Made by a program: the position numbers and the translations under genes. A stretch of DNA of 64,000 bases from Acidimicrobiia bacterium. Lineage in GTDB: Bacteria > Actinomycetota > Acidimicrobiia > Spongiisociales > ZC4RG35. The notes under the pieces were generated by a model. That model was not told where the DNA came from. It saw nothing but the letters and a program-made list of their open reading frames with translations, and made no database searches. The stretch spans positions 1,408,001 to 1,472,000 of the forward strand of contig OZ244034.1 in the NCBI GenBank assembly GCA_965215185.1. Reading direction: 5' to 3'. This document shows, piece by piece, positions 1 to 9,273 of this stretch (positions are counted from its first letter, which is position 1; the number at the start of each line of letters is the position of its first letter).

Positions 1-482
1 GAAATCACCAGCCCGTCAGCCCGATAGGAGATCATCGGCTCCGAGTCCACCTCCACTTCCAATTCGACCAGCCGCTGGCTGTCGATTTTTTCCACCACCA
101 CATCGTTCACGCCCACATCGGTGAGCCCGTTCAGTTCGGCGATCACCGTCATCCGAGGGATTAACCGATAGGTTCCCTCCTCCAACAGGTCGAGCGTTTC
201 AACCATTAGATGAGGATCAGCAGCCGCCAAGAATCCGATCGTCCCCAGATTGAAGCCCAGCACCGGCCGATCCGCCTCCAGCCCCAGTTTTACCGTTCGC
301 AGCATGGTGCCGTCTCCGCCGGTGGCGATCAACATGTCCAAATGCAGATCAGGAGCGAGATCCTCCCCCTCCTGGCCATCTACCCACACCTGCCAACCAC
401 GACGGAGTGCTTCGGCCACCAGCTGGTCGGTGAAATCCAGAGCCCTTTTTCGCACCCGGTTGGGCACCACTCCGATTCTCAT
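1..482 (-). CDS. nadK: NAD(+) kinase, 3' end runs off window
   Basis: Own translation from ATG at 482: MRIGVVPNR...LIATGGDGTMLR...PVLGFNLGTIGFL (GGDGT motif); overlaps tlyA stop (ATGA), classic synteny. Confidence 0.9.
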   Translation of the reverse strand, partial: MRIGVVPNRVRKRALDFTDQLVAEALRRGWQVWVDGQEGEDLAPDLHLDMLIATGGDGTMLRTVKLGLEADRPVLGFNLGTIGFLAAADPHLMVETLDLLEEGTYRLIPRMTVIAELNGLTDVGVNDVVVEKIDSQRLVELEVEVDSEPMISYRADGLVI

Positions 483-1213
483 TGCTCCTCCCATCCCGAG
501 GCTTGCGCTGCTCCTTTCACCGACCAGATGAAAAACTCCCGGTTTCCCGACTTGGCGCCCCGAAGCGGGGAAGCCACCACTCGCCGGGGACCCAATCCTA
601 CCTGGTGCAGACACTCCCCCACCTTGCGGATCACCTGAGAATGGACCATTGGATCTTTGACCACTCCTCTTTTGCCGACTAGGCGGCGTCCTGCCTCGAA
701 CTGTGGCTTCACGAGAGTCAAACAATCTGCTCCCTCCAAGGCCAAAGCACTCAACCGGTCAGCCACCGTACACAACGAGATGAAGGATAGGTCGGCCACC
801 AGAATATCGAAGAGCCCCACATCCGAAGCCTCCACCTGACGAAAGTTGGTCCGATCCCTCACCTCCACCCGGGGATCCTGGGCGAGCCGCGGATGAAGCT
901 GCCCGTAACCCACATCCACAGCAGTTACCCACCGGGCGCCTCGCTGCAATAGGACATCGGTGAAACCTCCCGTTGAGGCGCCCACATCCATGCACCGCCT
1001 TCCCTCGGGGTCCACCCCCAGCGTCTCCAAAACGTGATCGAGCTTGTCTCCCCCGCGGGAGACAAAGCGAGGGCCGGCAGGGCTGACCACGATGGGGGTA
1101 GCCGTCGCCACCAAAGTGGCGGGCCGCGGGGAGAGTACCCCTTCCACTCGCACCTCGCCCGCAGTGATCAAACGCTGCGCTTCAGTGCGACTTTCCGCTT
1201 GCCCTCTCTCCAC
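479..1213 (-). CDS. tlyA: TlyA family rRNA 2'-O-methyltransferase (true start probably ~1243, RRRLD motif)
   Basis: S4 domain, FVSRGGDKL, DVGASTGGFTD, DLSFISL, LVKPQFE, GNREF motifs. Confidence 0.95.
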   Translation of the reverse strand: MERGQAESRTEAQRLITAGEVRVEGVLSPRPATLVATATPIVVSPAGPRFVSRGGDKLDHVLETLGVDPEGRRCMDVGASTGGFTDVLLQRGARWVTAVDVGYGQLHPRLAQDPRVEVRDRTNFRQVEASDVGLFDILVADLSFISLCTVADRLSALALEGADCLTLVKPQFEAGRRLVGKRGVVKDPMVHSQVIRKVGECLHQVGLGPRRVVASPLRGAKSGNREFFIWSVKGAAQASGWEEQ

Positions 1214-1217
1214 CAGT

Positions 1218-1436
1218 TCATGGTCGAGCCGTCGCCGATTCAGCTTGTCCTCCCCTCCCTCCCTCCAACAACTCCTCCAACAGGTCCGCCAACCGCTCAG
1301 CAGTGCCCAGCGCCTCGACGGGCTCGGCCTCCCTCAGCTCCCCGAGGGCGTGCCGAGCCTCCTCCAGCCGCGCATTGGACTCCGAGGCCCGAGGCGCGCC
1401 GGACGGGACATCCACCGGAAGAGTCTGGTCTTTCAC
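1218..1436 (-). CDS. small helical hypothetical protein
   Basis: Fills the gap between methyltransferase and tlyA on the same strand; amphipathic helices. Confidence 0.45.
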   Translation of the reverse strand: MKDQTLPVDVPSGAPRASESNARLEEARHALGELREAEPVEALGTAERLADLLEELLEGGRGGQAESATARP

Positions 1437-1485
1437 ATCCCTGATTATGGCAATATCTGGTGAGCCATCACCACCCAATAGCGGC

Positions 1486-2322
1486 TCAGGTATCCGAAGA
1501 CCACCAGAGGGTGGCGAACGAACGCGGGCCTTCATCGACATAGAGGCGGTCGTTCCTCTCCACCACATGTTCCTCCAGAAGCGGACGAAGTTCGCCCCGT
1601 CTGGCTCGGGGAACCACCACTCTCTTTCCGTAGTAATCCACAATCTCTTCCCAGGTCAGAAACCACAGGTCGGGAGCACGTTCCCATCGCACCACCCCCA
1701 CCTCGGCGCCCAACTCGCCCACGATGATCTCCACGAGGTGCTCCACCGAGGGACCTTCGGGGCGGTCCAGGTCATGGATGGCCCGATACAGGTAATTCAT
1801 TTTTGTCCAGGGGTGGACGTCGGTCATCTCCACCACCGCTCCCCGGCGGCAGTGGTGGCCCAGGGCCCTGATGAAGGGAGCGATCTTCGGCACGTCGTAC
1901 ACAACATGGCTCGACAACACCACATCGGCCATCGGCGCCTTATCCGCTGCCTCCGGGAAGGCGCCAACCACCACTTCCACATCCAATCCTTCCGAGCGCA
2001 CCTCCTCCAACAGACCGGCGGCCATACCGGGATTCTTTTCCACGGCCGTCACCCGGTGTCCAGCTCGGGCAAAGGGAAGACAACTTCGACCGGTCCCCGC
2101 TCCCACATCGATCAGCGTCCCGTCGGCGCCCAGCATTTCCGATACCACCGAAGTGGTGGGAGTGCTCTCCTGCCGGGAGCGGCTTTCCTGGGTGCGACGC
2201 CTCCACAACTCGGCCGGCCAACCGTAGGGCGACTCCTCCGCCTGCTCCAATAGCCGGTTGGGAATGGCCCAAGCCTCCAACTCCGCTTTCCATCGAGCAG
2301 CCGCAGAGGTGGAAGAAGCCAT
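1486..2322 (-). CDS. class I SAM-dependent methyltransferase
   Basis: LIDVGAGTG motif I, VTAVE, DVVLSSHVVY. Confidence 0.88.
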   Translation of the reverse strand: MASSTSAAARWKAELEAWAIPNRLLEQAEESPYGWPAELWRRRTQESRSRQESTPTTSVVSEMLGADGTLIDVGAGTGRSCLPFARAGHRVTAVEKNPGMAAGLLEEVRSEGLDVEVVVGAFPEAADKAPMADVVLSSHVVYDVPKIAPFIRALGHHCRRGAVVEMTDVHPWTKMNYLYRAIHDLDRPEGPSVEHLVEIIVGELGAEVGVVRWERAPDLWFLTWEEIVDYYGKRVVVPRARRGELRPLLEEHVVERNDRLYVDEGPRSFATLWWSSDT

Positions 2323-2330
2323 ACCAACGC

Positions 2331-3188
2331 CTAGGCGGGACGCTCTCCGCATCCGGTGAACAGATCATCCTCCCGATATGGGCATTCAACTCTGCTGAAT
2401 ATCCGCAGAAAGGTCTCCCTTCCCACTATCTCGGGCAAGAGATCCTCGGGCACCGACATCCACGACCAGTCGGCGGGGACTTGGCTGCGATGGGCTTTCA
2501 GCGCCGCCATTTTGACGGATACCCGTTCGCCGACATCCACCGTGCAGGTGACATCCTCATCGGGAGTTCCGGCATGATGGGCCCGCTCGAATTCTTCCTC
2601 GGTCATATCTCCGCGGGCGAACTGGAGCTTGGCATAGTTGACGATCCTGCTCCTGGGCCACACCGACCAATAGAGTTTGATCGGCTCCCACAACTCCTCA
2701 CCGTCCTCCAGGGGAAAACGCCCCAGATCGGAGGCGCCGAAGAAGGCGGCCGTTCCCACGCGGTGGACATTGATGTGATCGGGGTGGCCGTATCCGCCGA
2801 AGGAATCATAGACGGTCATCACCTCCGGCCGGTAACGGCGAATCAATCTCACCAGCCGGGCAACTGCCTCCATGAAATCGGCCTGCCAGAAGCAATCGGG
2901 ATGGGAATTGGCTTCGGTTCCCATCATCCCCGAGTCGCGGTAGCCCAGGAAAGAATGATGCTCCACCCCCAGGATGGAGAGCGCCTCGGCCAACTCGGCC
3001 GCTCTCACCTCCACCAGCCGAGCGGCAATCTCCTCGGGGTTGCCATAGTTGTGGACCTCCCCCTCGGCGCCGTCGGTAGCGGTCACCACCACCACCTGCT
3101 CTCCCGCCTCTGCATACTTGCTCAGCACACCACCAGTGGACAGCACCTCATCATCAGGATGAGCATGAAACGCCAACAGACCCGACAC
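2331..3188 (-). CDS. PIG-L family deacetylase (MshB/Mca-like)
   Basis: HAHPDDE, LGYRDSGM, GGYGHPDH, AHRSQ motifs. Confidence 0.92.
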   Translation of the reverse strand: MSGLLAFHAHPDDEVLSTGGVLSKYAEAGEQVVVVTATDGAEGEVHNYGNPEEIAARLVEVRAAELAEALSILGVEHHSFLGYRDSGMMGTEANSHPDCFWQADFMEAVARLVRLIRRYRPEVMTVYDSFGGYGHPDHINVHRVGTAAFFGASDLGRFPLEDGEELWEPIKLYWSVWPRSRIVNYAKLQFARGDMTEEEFERAHHAGTPDEDVTCTVDVGERVSVKMAALKAHRSQVPADWSWMSVPEDLLPEIVGRETFLRIFSRVECPYREDDLFTGCGERPA

Positions 3189-3529
3189 GCCAGCCCACAA
3201 TAGCACCGTAGGGAACGCCGAAAACTGCCCCTTTCCGGGGCCGACCAGCGGCCCGGGACCATTCACTGTCCGGGTTAGCCCCGGCGTGCCATCTTCTTAG
3301 AAGCTACCCCGGGCCTTTCAACCGGAGCCGACGTTTGAAACCCTCAGCCATTGAAAGTGCTCGAAAGGCATCGCTTTGTCACACCGGGACGGCAATATGC
3401 TGAAGATGGAAGTCGGACCAACATCATGAGAGAGGTTTATCTCGGCTACAACGCTTCCGCGCCCCCTAATCACCACCTGCTTGGGGAGATGCTCTCAATG
3501 CCGGAGGACAGGTGGGGGCCTTCCTCCGC

Positions 3530-3871
3530 TCAGGTTCTTCTCCCAGTGGCGCCTTCGCCACCACCTCCTCTCACGAGGATGTCACTCCTATCTTCGGGAA
3601 CCATTTGATCTAGTTTGATAGCCGCATCTCTAACAGGGACAGAACACAAATATTTGACCTGTTCCTCCACAGAAAGCCGAAGAAACAACGCATCGAAGGC
3701 CGTGTCCAAGTCGGAAACTTCCCGTTGAGTGGGACGCCGCCCTATCTGGGTGTCGGAGGGATTATGAGCCGCATCCAGCATCTCACCCAGTTTTTCCGTG
3801 GAAAACAAGGGTTCACCAGAGACGGCGCAACGCCTACGCCTATCTAGGTCATTCCTATCGCACTCGCTCAT
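3530..3871 (-). CDS. small hypothetical protein, similar to 55417-55704
   Basis: 113-aa ORF in lower-GC intergenic patch; YL..+...AA.....DR..IL pattern shared with the 55.4-kb ORF. Confidence 0.5.
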   Translation of the reverse strand: MSECDRNDLDRRRRCAVSGEPLFSTEKLGEMLDAAHNPSDTQIGRRPTQREVSDLDTAFDALFLRLSVEEQVKYLCSVPVRDAAIKLDQMVPEDRSDILVRGGGGEGATGRRT

Positions 3872-4204
3872 GTCGCGTCAACATAGCGAGCCCCAAGCAG
3901 CCCCTCCGCCACCCGACGAGCATCACCAACAGTTGGCGCCAGACTCGTCGTTTCCTCAATCACAACCAACAAATGTACCATCAGCCCCCCCCTCCCCGGC
4001 CGCCAAGAACAATTATCGGGGGGGAGAAAATGGATGCATCTCAGGCTGGGATGCATCCGACTGTTCAGGTAGCAGCCTGCGGTTTGTTGTCGGGGCCCGG
4101 ACCCGATGTCGAGACCCGTCCTTCCTCCCCACCATCCCAAGCCAGCCCCTGCCAAAAGGGCATTGGTTCCCCGGGCTTGTAATATCTCTGCCATAGCCGA
4201 CACG

Positions 4205-6283
4205 ATGTACCAGGTTCTTCGATCCGATGGGGCTGTAGCCCTGCCCGAGGTGGCCGCGAGCTACTCGCCCGAGCTTCTTAAACGTCTCTATGCCGAGATG
4301 GTGGCTGGGCGGACGTTGGACCGTCGCATGATCGCCATGCAAAGACAGGGCCGGATGGGAACCTTTGCCCCCATGGAGGGCCAAGAGGCGATATCTGTTG
4401 GATCGGCGCTGGCTCTTCAACCCGAGGATTGGGTTTTCCCCTCCTACCGGGAGCACTCCGCGGTGCTCGCCAAGGGACTACCCCTAAAGACACTTATGGA
4501 GTTCTACCGGGGTCATGGTTACGCCAACTGGGATGTCCGCCGCCTCGGAGTCGGCCTCTACACCATTCCCATCGCAACTCATCTCCCCCACGCCGTGGGA
4601 CGCGCCTACTACGCACAGCTGCGTGGCGACAAAGGCGTAACCGCCGTCTACTTCGGTGATGGCGCCACCTCGGCTTCCGACTTCCATTCCGGCATGAACT
4701 TCGCCGGGGTGTGGAATCTGCCGGTGGTCTTCATCTGCTCCAATAATCAGTACGCCATCTCTTTGCCCTTCCGCTCCCAGACTGCGGCGGAGACCATCTC
4801 GCAAAAAGCCATTGCTTACGGCTTTCCCGGCGTCCGGGTGGACGGCATGGATGCGCTGGCTGTCCATTCTGCAGTGAGCAAAGCCGCCCAACGGGCCCGA
4901 GACGGTAGGGGCCCCACCCTGATCGAGGCGGTCAGCTATCGGTTCGGTCCCCATGCCACCGCCGACGACCCCCGACGCTACCGGTCCGCTGAAGAAGAAG
5001 CCTCTTGGCGGACGCTGGACCCCCTGATCCGCATGCGCCTTCATCTGGAGAACACCGGCCTGTGGGACAACCGTCTCGAGGAGGAGGCCATCGCCGGGAT
5101 CAAAACGGCCATAGACGAGGTCATGGAGGAACTCGAAGCCCGGCCTCTCCCCTACAGAGGCCGGGCGATAACTCAAGTATACAAGCGCATTCCCGCGGCT
5201 CTGGCCGACCAGTTCCACAATTCCCAAAAGGCGCACGATCGGCCGCTCAGTGACCTCTCAGCGATGATCTGGCCAATCGGAGAAGACTCGCCTCCCGATC
5301 CCGAGCCGTCGGAGCATTGGAACATGGCCCAGGCGATCAACGCCGCTTTGGGCGAGGCGATGGACCGCTATCCCGAGGCGATCATCCTGGGCGAGGACGT
5401 GGGACGTACCGGCGGGGTATTCCGCATCACCGAGGACCTGCAGATCAAATACGGCGCCGAGCGGGTGATCGACACCCCGCTGTCCGAGACGGGAATCGTT
5501 GGCGCCGCCATCGGAATGGCCATCGCTGGCGCTCGGCCCATTGTGGAGATCCAGTTCGACGGCTTCCTTTACAACTGCTTCGAGCAGATCGCCACCCATC
5601 TCTCCCGCATGCGCTACCGCACCCAGGGCGGGCTGGACCTGCCCATGGTGGTGCGTTTCCCCAACGGTGGAGGCATAAACGCGCACGAGTTCCACAACGA
5701 AAGTCCCGAGGCGCTTTTCTGTCACCTCCCCGGGATGGTGGTGGTTTGTCCCTCCACGCCCACCGACGCCAAGGGTCTGTTGGCGGCGGCCATCGACTCT
5801 CCGGACCCGGTGATCTTCGCCGAGCCCAAGGTGCTCTACCGGGCGGGCCGGGAATCGGTCCCCAGCAGTTATTACACCATACCCCTCGGCCGGGCCGCCA
5901 CCCGGCGAGTGGGCACCGACGTGACGGTCGTCACCTACGGTGGGATGGTCCCGGTGGCGCTTCGAGCCGCCGCCCAGATGGAGGCCGAGGCTTCGGTGGA
6001 GGTGATCGATCTTCGCACCCTCTACCCGTGGGACAGAGATGCAGTGCTCTCTTCGGTGAGCCGCACCGGACGTTTGGTGATTGTGCAGGAGCCGCCCCAC
6101 ACCGCCGGGATGGCGGCCGAGATCTCCGCCACGGTGGCCGAGGAGGCCATTTACGACCTGGCCGCGCCGGTGGTGAGGGTCACCGGCTTCGATGCGCCGC
6201 TTCCGCCCTTCGCATTCGAGTCCTACGGGGTGTTGGCCGTGCCCGATGTGACCGCCGGCATTATGCGGGCCCTGGCTGACTGA
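4205..6283 (+). CDS. 2-oxoacid dehydrogenase E1, fused alpha+beta subunits
   Basis: RQGR..GQEA, TPP motif YFGDGATS..NNQYAIS, then GEDVG..GGVFR, DTPLSE, EPK beta-domain motifs in one ORF. Confidence 0.93.
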   Translation: MYQVLRSDGAVALPEVAASYSPELLKRLYAEMVAGRTLDRRMIAMQRQGRMGTFAPMEGQEAISVGSALALQPEDWVFPSYREHSAVLAKGLPLKTLMEFYRGHGYANWDVRRLGVGLYTIPIATHLPHAVGRAYYAQLRGDKGVTAVYFGDGATSASDFHSGMNFAGVWNLPVVFICSNNQYAISLPFRSQTAAETISQKAIAYGFPGVRVDGMDALAVHSAVSKAAQRARDGRGPTLIEAVSYRFGPHATADDPRRYRSAEEEASWRTLDPLIRMRLHLENTGLWDNRLEEEAIAGIKTAIDEVMEELEARPLPYRGRAITQVYKRIPAALADQFHNSQKAHDRPLSDLSAMIWPIGEDSPPDPEPSEHWNMAQAINAALGEAMDRYPEAIILGEDVGRTGGVFRITEDLQIKYGAERVIDTPLSETGIVGAAIGMAIAGARPIVEIQFDGFLYNCFEQIATHLSRMRYRTQGGLDLPMVVRFPNGGGINAHEFHNESPEALFCHLPGMVVVCPSTPTDAKGLLAAAIDSPDPVIFAEPKVLYRAGRESVPSSYYTIPLGRAATRRVGTDVTVVTYGGMVPVALRAAAQMEAEASVEVIDLRTLYPWDRDAVLSSVSRTGRLVIVQEPPHTAGMAAEISATVAEEAIYDLAAPVVRVTGFDAPLPPFAFESYGVLAVPDVTAGIMRALAD

Positions 6284-6834
6284 TGGGTGAATCCCCGGTC
6301 GTCACGGTGTTCGGCGCCTCGGCTCTCAAGCCCGACCAGCCCGGCTGGGAAGCAGCCCGCCGACTGGGACAGATATTGGCGGAAGCGGGTGCCCGAGTCG
6401 CAACCGGAGGTTATGGAGGCACCATGGAGGCGGTGTCGGAGGGAGCGGCCGCAGGCGGAGCAGAGGTGATCGGAGTGACTGCTCCTCACTTGTTCTCCCA
6501 CCGGGCAGGCCCAAACCGCTTCGTCCGCACCGAGATCCCTGCTCACGACATTTACGAGCGCGACCGATATCTGTTGGAACTGGCCTCGGCCACTATTACT
6601 CTTCCCGGCAGCATTGGCACCATCGTCGAATTCGCCGAAGCCTGGAGGGGAGCATCTCTGTCTCCACCAGCACAACGCAAGCCGCATGTGGCGGTGGGAG
6701 AGAGATTCATGAGATTGGCGGAGTTGATGGTTGCGCAGTTTGGCGCCGATCCGAAAGTGATGATCTGCGTGTCCACCGTCGAGGAGGCCGCTCGAATCGT
6801 GCTGGAACGCCTGGGCTTGGAGCATCCGTCATGA
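6283..6834 (+). CDS. LOG family protein
   Basis: VFGAS, TGGYGGTMEA, LPGSIGT motifs. Confidence 0.88.
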   Translation: MGESPVVTVFGASALKPDQPGWEAARRLGQILAEAGARVATGGYGGTMEAVSEGAAAGGAEVIGVTAPHLFSHRAGPNRFVRTEIPAHDIYERDRYLLELASATITLPGSIGTIVEFAEAWRGASLSPPAQRKPHVAVGERFMRLAELMVAQFGADPKVMICVSTVEEAARIVLERLGLEHPS

Positions 6835-7706
6835 ACGGCACGATCCGAGCGGCGGGCGGAGTGGTGTTCCGATTCTCCCCCCAGGGGGAGCCCGAGGTGT
6901 TGGTGGTGCACCGTCCCCGCTACGACGACTGGTCGCTGCCCAAGGGGAAAAGCGACCCTGGAGAGAACTGGCAGACCACGGCCATTCGGGAGGTGTGGGA
7001 GGAGACCAGCTACCGGTGCCGGGTGATCGCTCGACTCGGACGGCACGAATACATGTACGGGGACATGTGGAAACAGGTCGATTACTACGCCATGACGTCC
7101 TGGTCACACACGGGCTTTCAACCCGGATCGGAAGTGGACGCCATCCGATGGATTTCCCTCTCAGAAGTCGGACTGCTCACCTACACCCACGACCGTCGGC
7201 TTGTGAAAGACACCGACTACCAGATCTTGGGATCGGCCAAGACCCTATTCGTGGTTCGCCACGCGGCCGCGGGAAGTCGACAGCGCTGGACCGACCCCGA
7301 CTACATCCGGCCTCTCACCAAGAAGGGCTGGCGGCAAGCGCACGCCTTGGCCGATCGCCTGGCTCCCGAAGGGATAGAACGGCTGCTGTCGAGCCCCTAT
7401 GTGCGGTGCATGCAGACCCTCGAGCCGCTGGGAGAGAAGTTGGGAATCCCTGTCGAGGCGCATCCGGCGCTGGCCGAGGGGGGAGGCGGGCACGCCACCT
7501 TACAACTTCTCGATGAACTCTCGAACTGCAACGCTGCGCTCTCCAGCCACGGAGATGTAATCCCCTCCACCATCTTCGCGCTGGCCGACGCCGGAACGGA
7601 ACTGTCAGACCCTATCTACTTCTGTAAGAAGGGATCGATTTGGGCGGTGAACATCATCGCAGGGGAGGCGACGTCCGCCCACTACGAGCCTCCGCCGAAG
7701 GTGTAG
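6831..7706 (+). CDS. NUDIX hydrolase fused to histidine phosphatase (MutT1-like)
   Basis: HRPRYDDWSLPKGK...AIREVWEET Nudix box; VRHA and SSPYVRC phosphatase motifs. Confidence 0.9.
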   Translation: MNGTIRAAGGVVFRFSPQGEPEVLVVHRPRYDDWSLPKGKSDPGENWQTTAIREVWEETSYRCRVIARLGRHEYMYGDMWKQVDYYAMTSWSHTGFQPGSEVDAIRWISLSEVGLLTYTHDRRLVKDTDYQILGSAKTLFVVRHAAAGSRQRWTDPDYIRPLTKKGWRQAHALADRLAPEGIERLLSSPYVRCMQTLEPLGEKLGIPVEAHPALAEGGGGHATLQLLDELSNCNAALSSHGDVIPSTIFALADAGTELSDPIYFCKKGSIWAVNIIAGEATSAHYEPPPKV

Positions 7707-7778
7707 GCCAGCCCGGCAGCCCGGACGGGCCCTCCAACCCGGATCAGCGCCCCCTCGGGCGCCGCTTGGCAGGGTCGG

Positions 7779-7784
7779 TATAAT
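7779..7784 (+). promoter_or_regulatory. putative -10 element (TATAAT) for GntR gene
   Basis: Perfect TATAAT 15 nt upstream of ATG 7799 in GC-rich DNA. Confidence 0.5.
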
Positions 7785-7798
7785 CTGGCGAGCGCTCT

Positions 7799-8476
7799 AT
7801 GGCATCCGGACAGACCACACTTCGAAGAACCTCACTCGGCCTGCAGATATCCCAGGAGTTGCGTCGGCAAATCCTGTTCGGACACCTCAATCCCGGCACT
7901 CCCCTCACCCAGCAGGACTTGTGCGAGCGGTTCGGGACCAGCCGCATGCCGGTCAGAGACGCCATCAACATGCTGGTGATGGACGGCTTGGCCACTCGCC
8001 CCAACAATCGAGACGCGGTGGTGGCCGACATCACTTTGGAGGACATTCTCGATGCGTTCGAAGTGAACGCCCATCTTCACGCCTTGGCGGCGGTGCGAGC
8101 CACAACCAGGGGGACACCCGATGAACGCAACCGGCTGCAGAACATCCATGACGAGATGGGCAAAGCGGTCAAGAACGGCGACTTGCCCAAGAGCGCGGAG
8201 TTGAATGGTCGCTTTCATCGCCAACTCAACCGCATGTCGCACTCCAACCCGATCATTACCGCTCTCAAACGGGTAACCGCTTTCGTTCCCGACGACTTCG
8301 TGAAAGAAGCACCGGACTACGCCTTCCGGGGCTACCAGGAACACGAGTCAATCATGAGCGCCTTCCTGGCCGGCGAGAAAGAACAGCTCTATCAGATGAT
8401 CACTCACCATGTGATGTCAGTGGCCGATCATCTCGTCGAATTGCTCTCCAACCATAGGCGGGAACCCGTCTCCTAG
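7799..8476 (+). CDS. GntR family regulator (FCD domain)
   Basis: L.PG..L.Q.DLCERFGTSRMPVRDA HTH; FH and EH FCD motifs. Confidence 0.92.
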   Translation: MASGQTTLRRTSLGLQISQELRRQILFGHLNPGTPLTQQDLCERFGTSRMPVRDAINMLVMDGLATRPNNRDAVVADITLEDILDAFEVNAHLHALAAVRATTRGTPDERNRLQNIHDEMGKAVKNGDLPKSAELNGRFHRQLNRMSHSNPIITALKRVTAFVPDDFVKEAPDYAFRGYQEHESIMSAFLAGEKEQLYQMITHHVMSVADHLVELLSNHRREPVS

Positions 8477-8520
8477 CCCGCACCTGAGGCGATTTCAAAT
8501 AGAGTCGCCATCCGGCAAGA

Positions 8521-9273
8521 ATGCCAATCATGTCATCAAACCAACACGGCGAGCCCGCCGTTCGGATGGTTGACGGCGTCAAGATCTACGGAGAGGGAGA
8601 AACCGCCGTCAGGGCACTTAGGGGGGTTTCGCTTCGGATCGAACGGGGCCAGTTCACCGCCATCATGGGCCCTTCCGGATCGGGCAAGTCAACTCTTTTG
8701 CACACATTGGCCGGATTGGACACCCTGGAGGGCGGCGAGGTGTTCATCGACGGGACCGCGCTCTCCACCCTCAAGGATCGTGATCTGACGCTTCTCCGGC
8801 GAGAGAAGGTGGGCTTTGTGTTCCAAACCTTCAACTTGATTCCCACTCTTGACGCCGAGGAGAACATTCTGCTGCCGCTCTCTATCGCCCGACAGGACGT
8901 GGAGCGGGACTGGTTCGACCAGATTGTGCAGACGCTGGGCCTTGACGACCGCCTCACCCACCTTCCTAGCCAACTGTCCGGTGGACAGCAGCAACGGGTG
9001 GCCGTGGCCCGGGCGCTGATCTCGCGTCCCATCATCGTTTGCGCCGATGAGCCCACCGGCAACCTCGACTCTCGGGCCTCTGACGAACTGTTGGGCTTTA
9101 TCAGAGAGGCGGTGGATGAGATCGGACAGACGGTGGTGATGGTCACCCATGATCCCACCGTCGCCGCCTACGCCGACCAGGTGGTCTTCCTCGAAGACGG
9201 AAAGATCACGGACCAAATGGCTGATCCCAACGCCGAAGCTATCTTCGACTATCTGAAGTCTCAGGGCGACTAG
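8521..9273 (+). CDS. ABC transporter ATP-binding protein (LolD/MacB type)
   Basis: GPSGSGKST, LSGGQQQRVAVARAL, DEPTGNLD. Confidence 0.96.
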   Translation: MPIMSSNQHGEPAVRMVDGVKIYGEGETAVRALRGVSLRIERGQFTAIMGPSGSGKSTLLHTLAGLDTLEGGEVFIDGTALSTLKDRDLTLLRREKVGFVFQTFNLIPTLDAEENILLPLSIARQDVERDWFDQIVQTLGLDDRLTHLPSQLSGGQQQRVAVARALISRPIIVCADEPTGNLDSRASDELLGFIREAVDEIGQTVVMVTHDPTVAAYADQVVFLEDGKITDQMADPNAEAIFDYLKSQGD

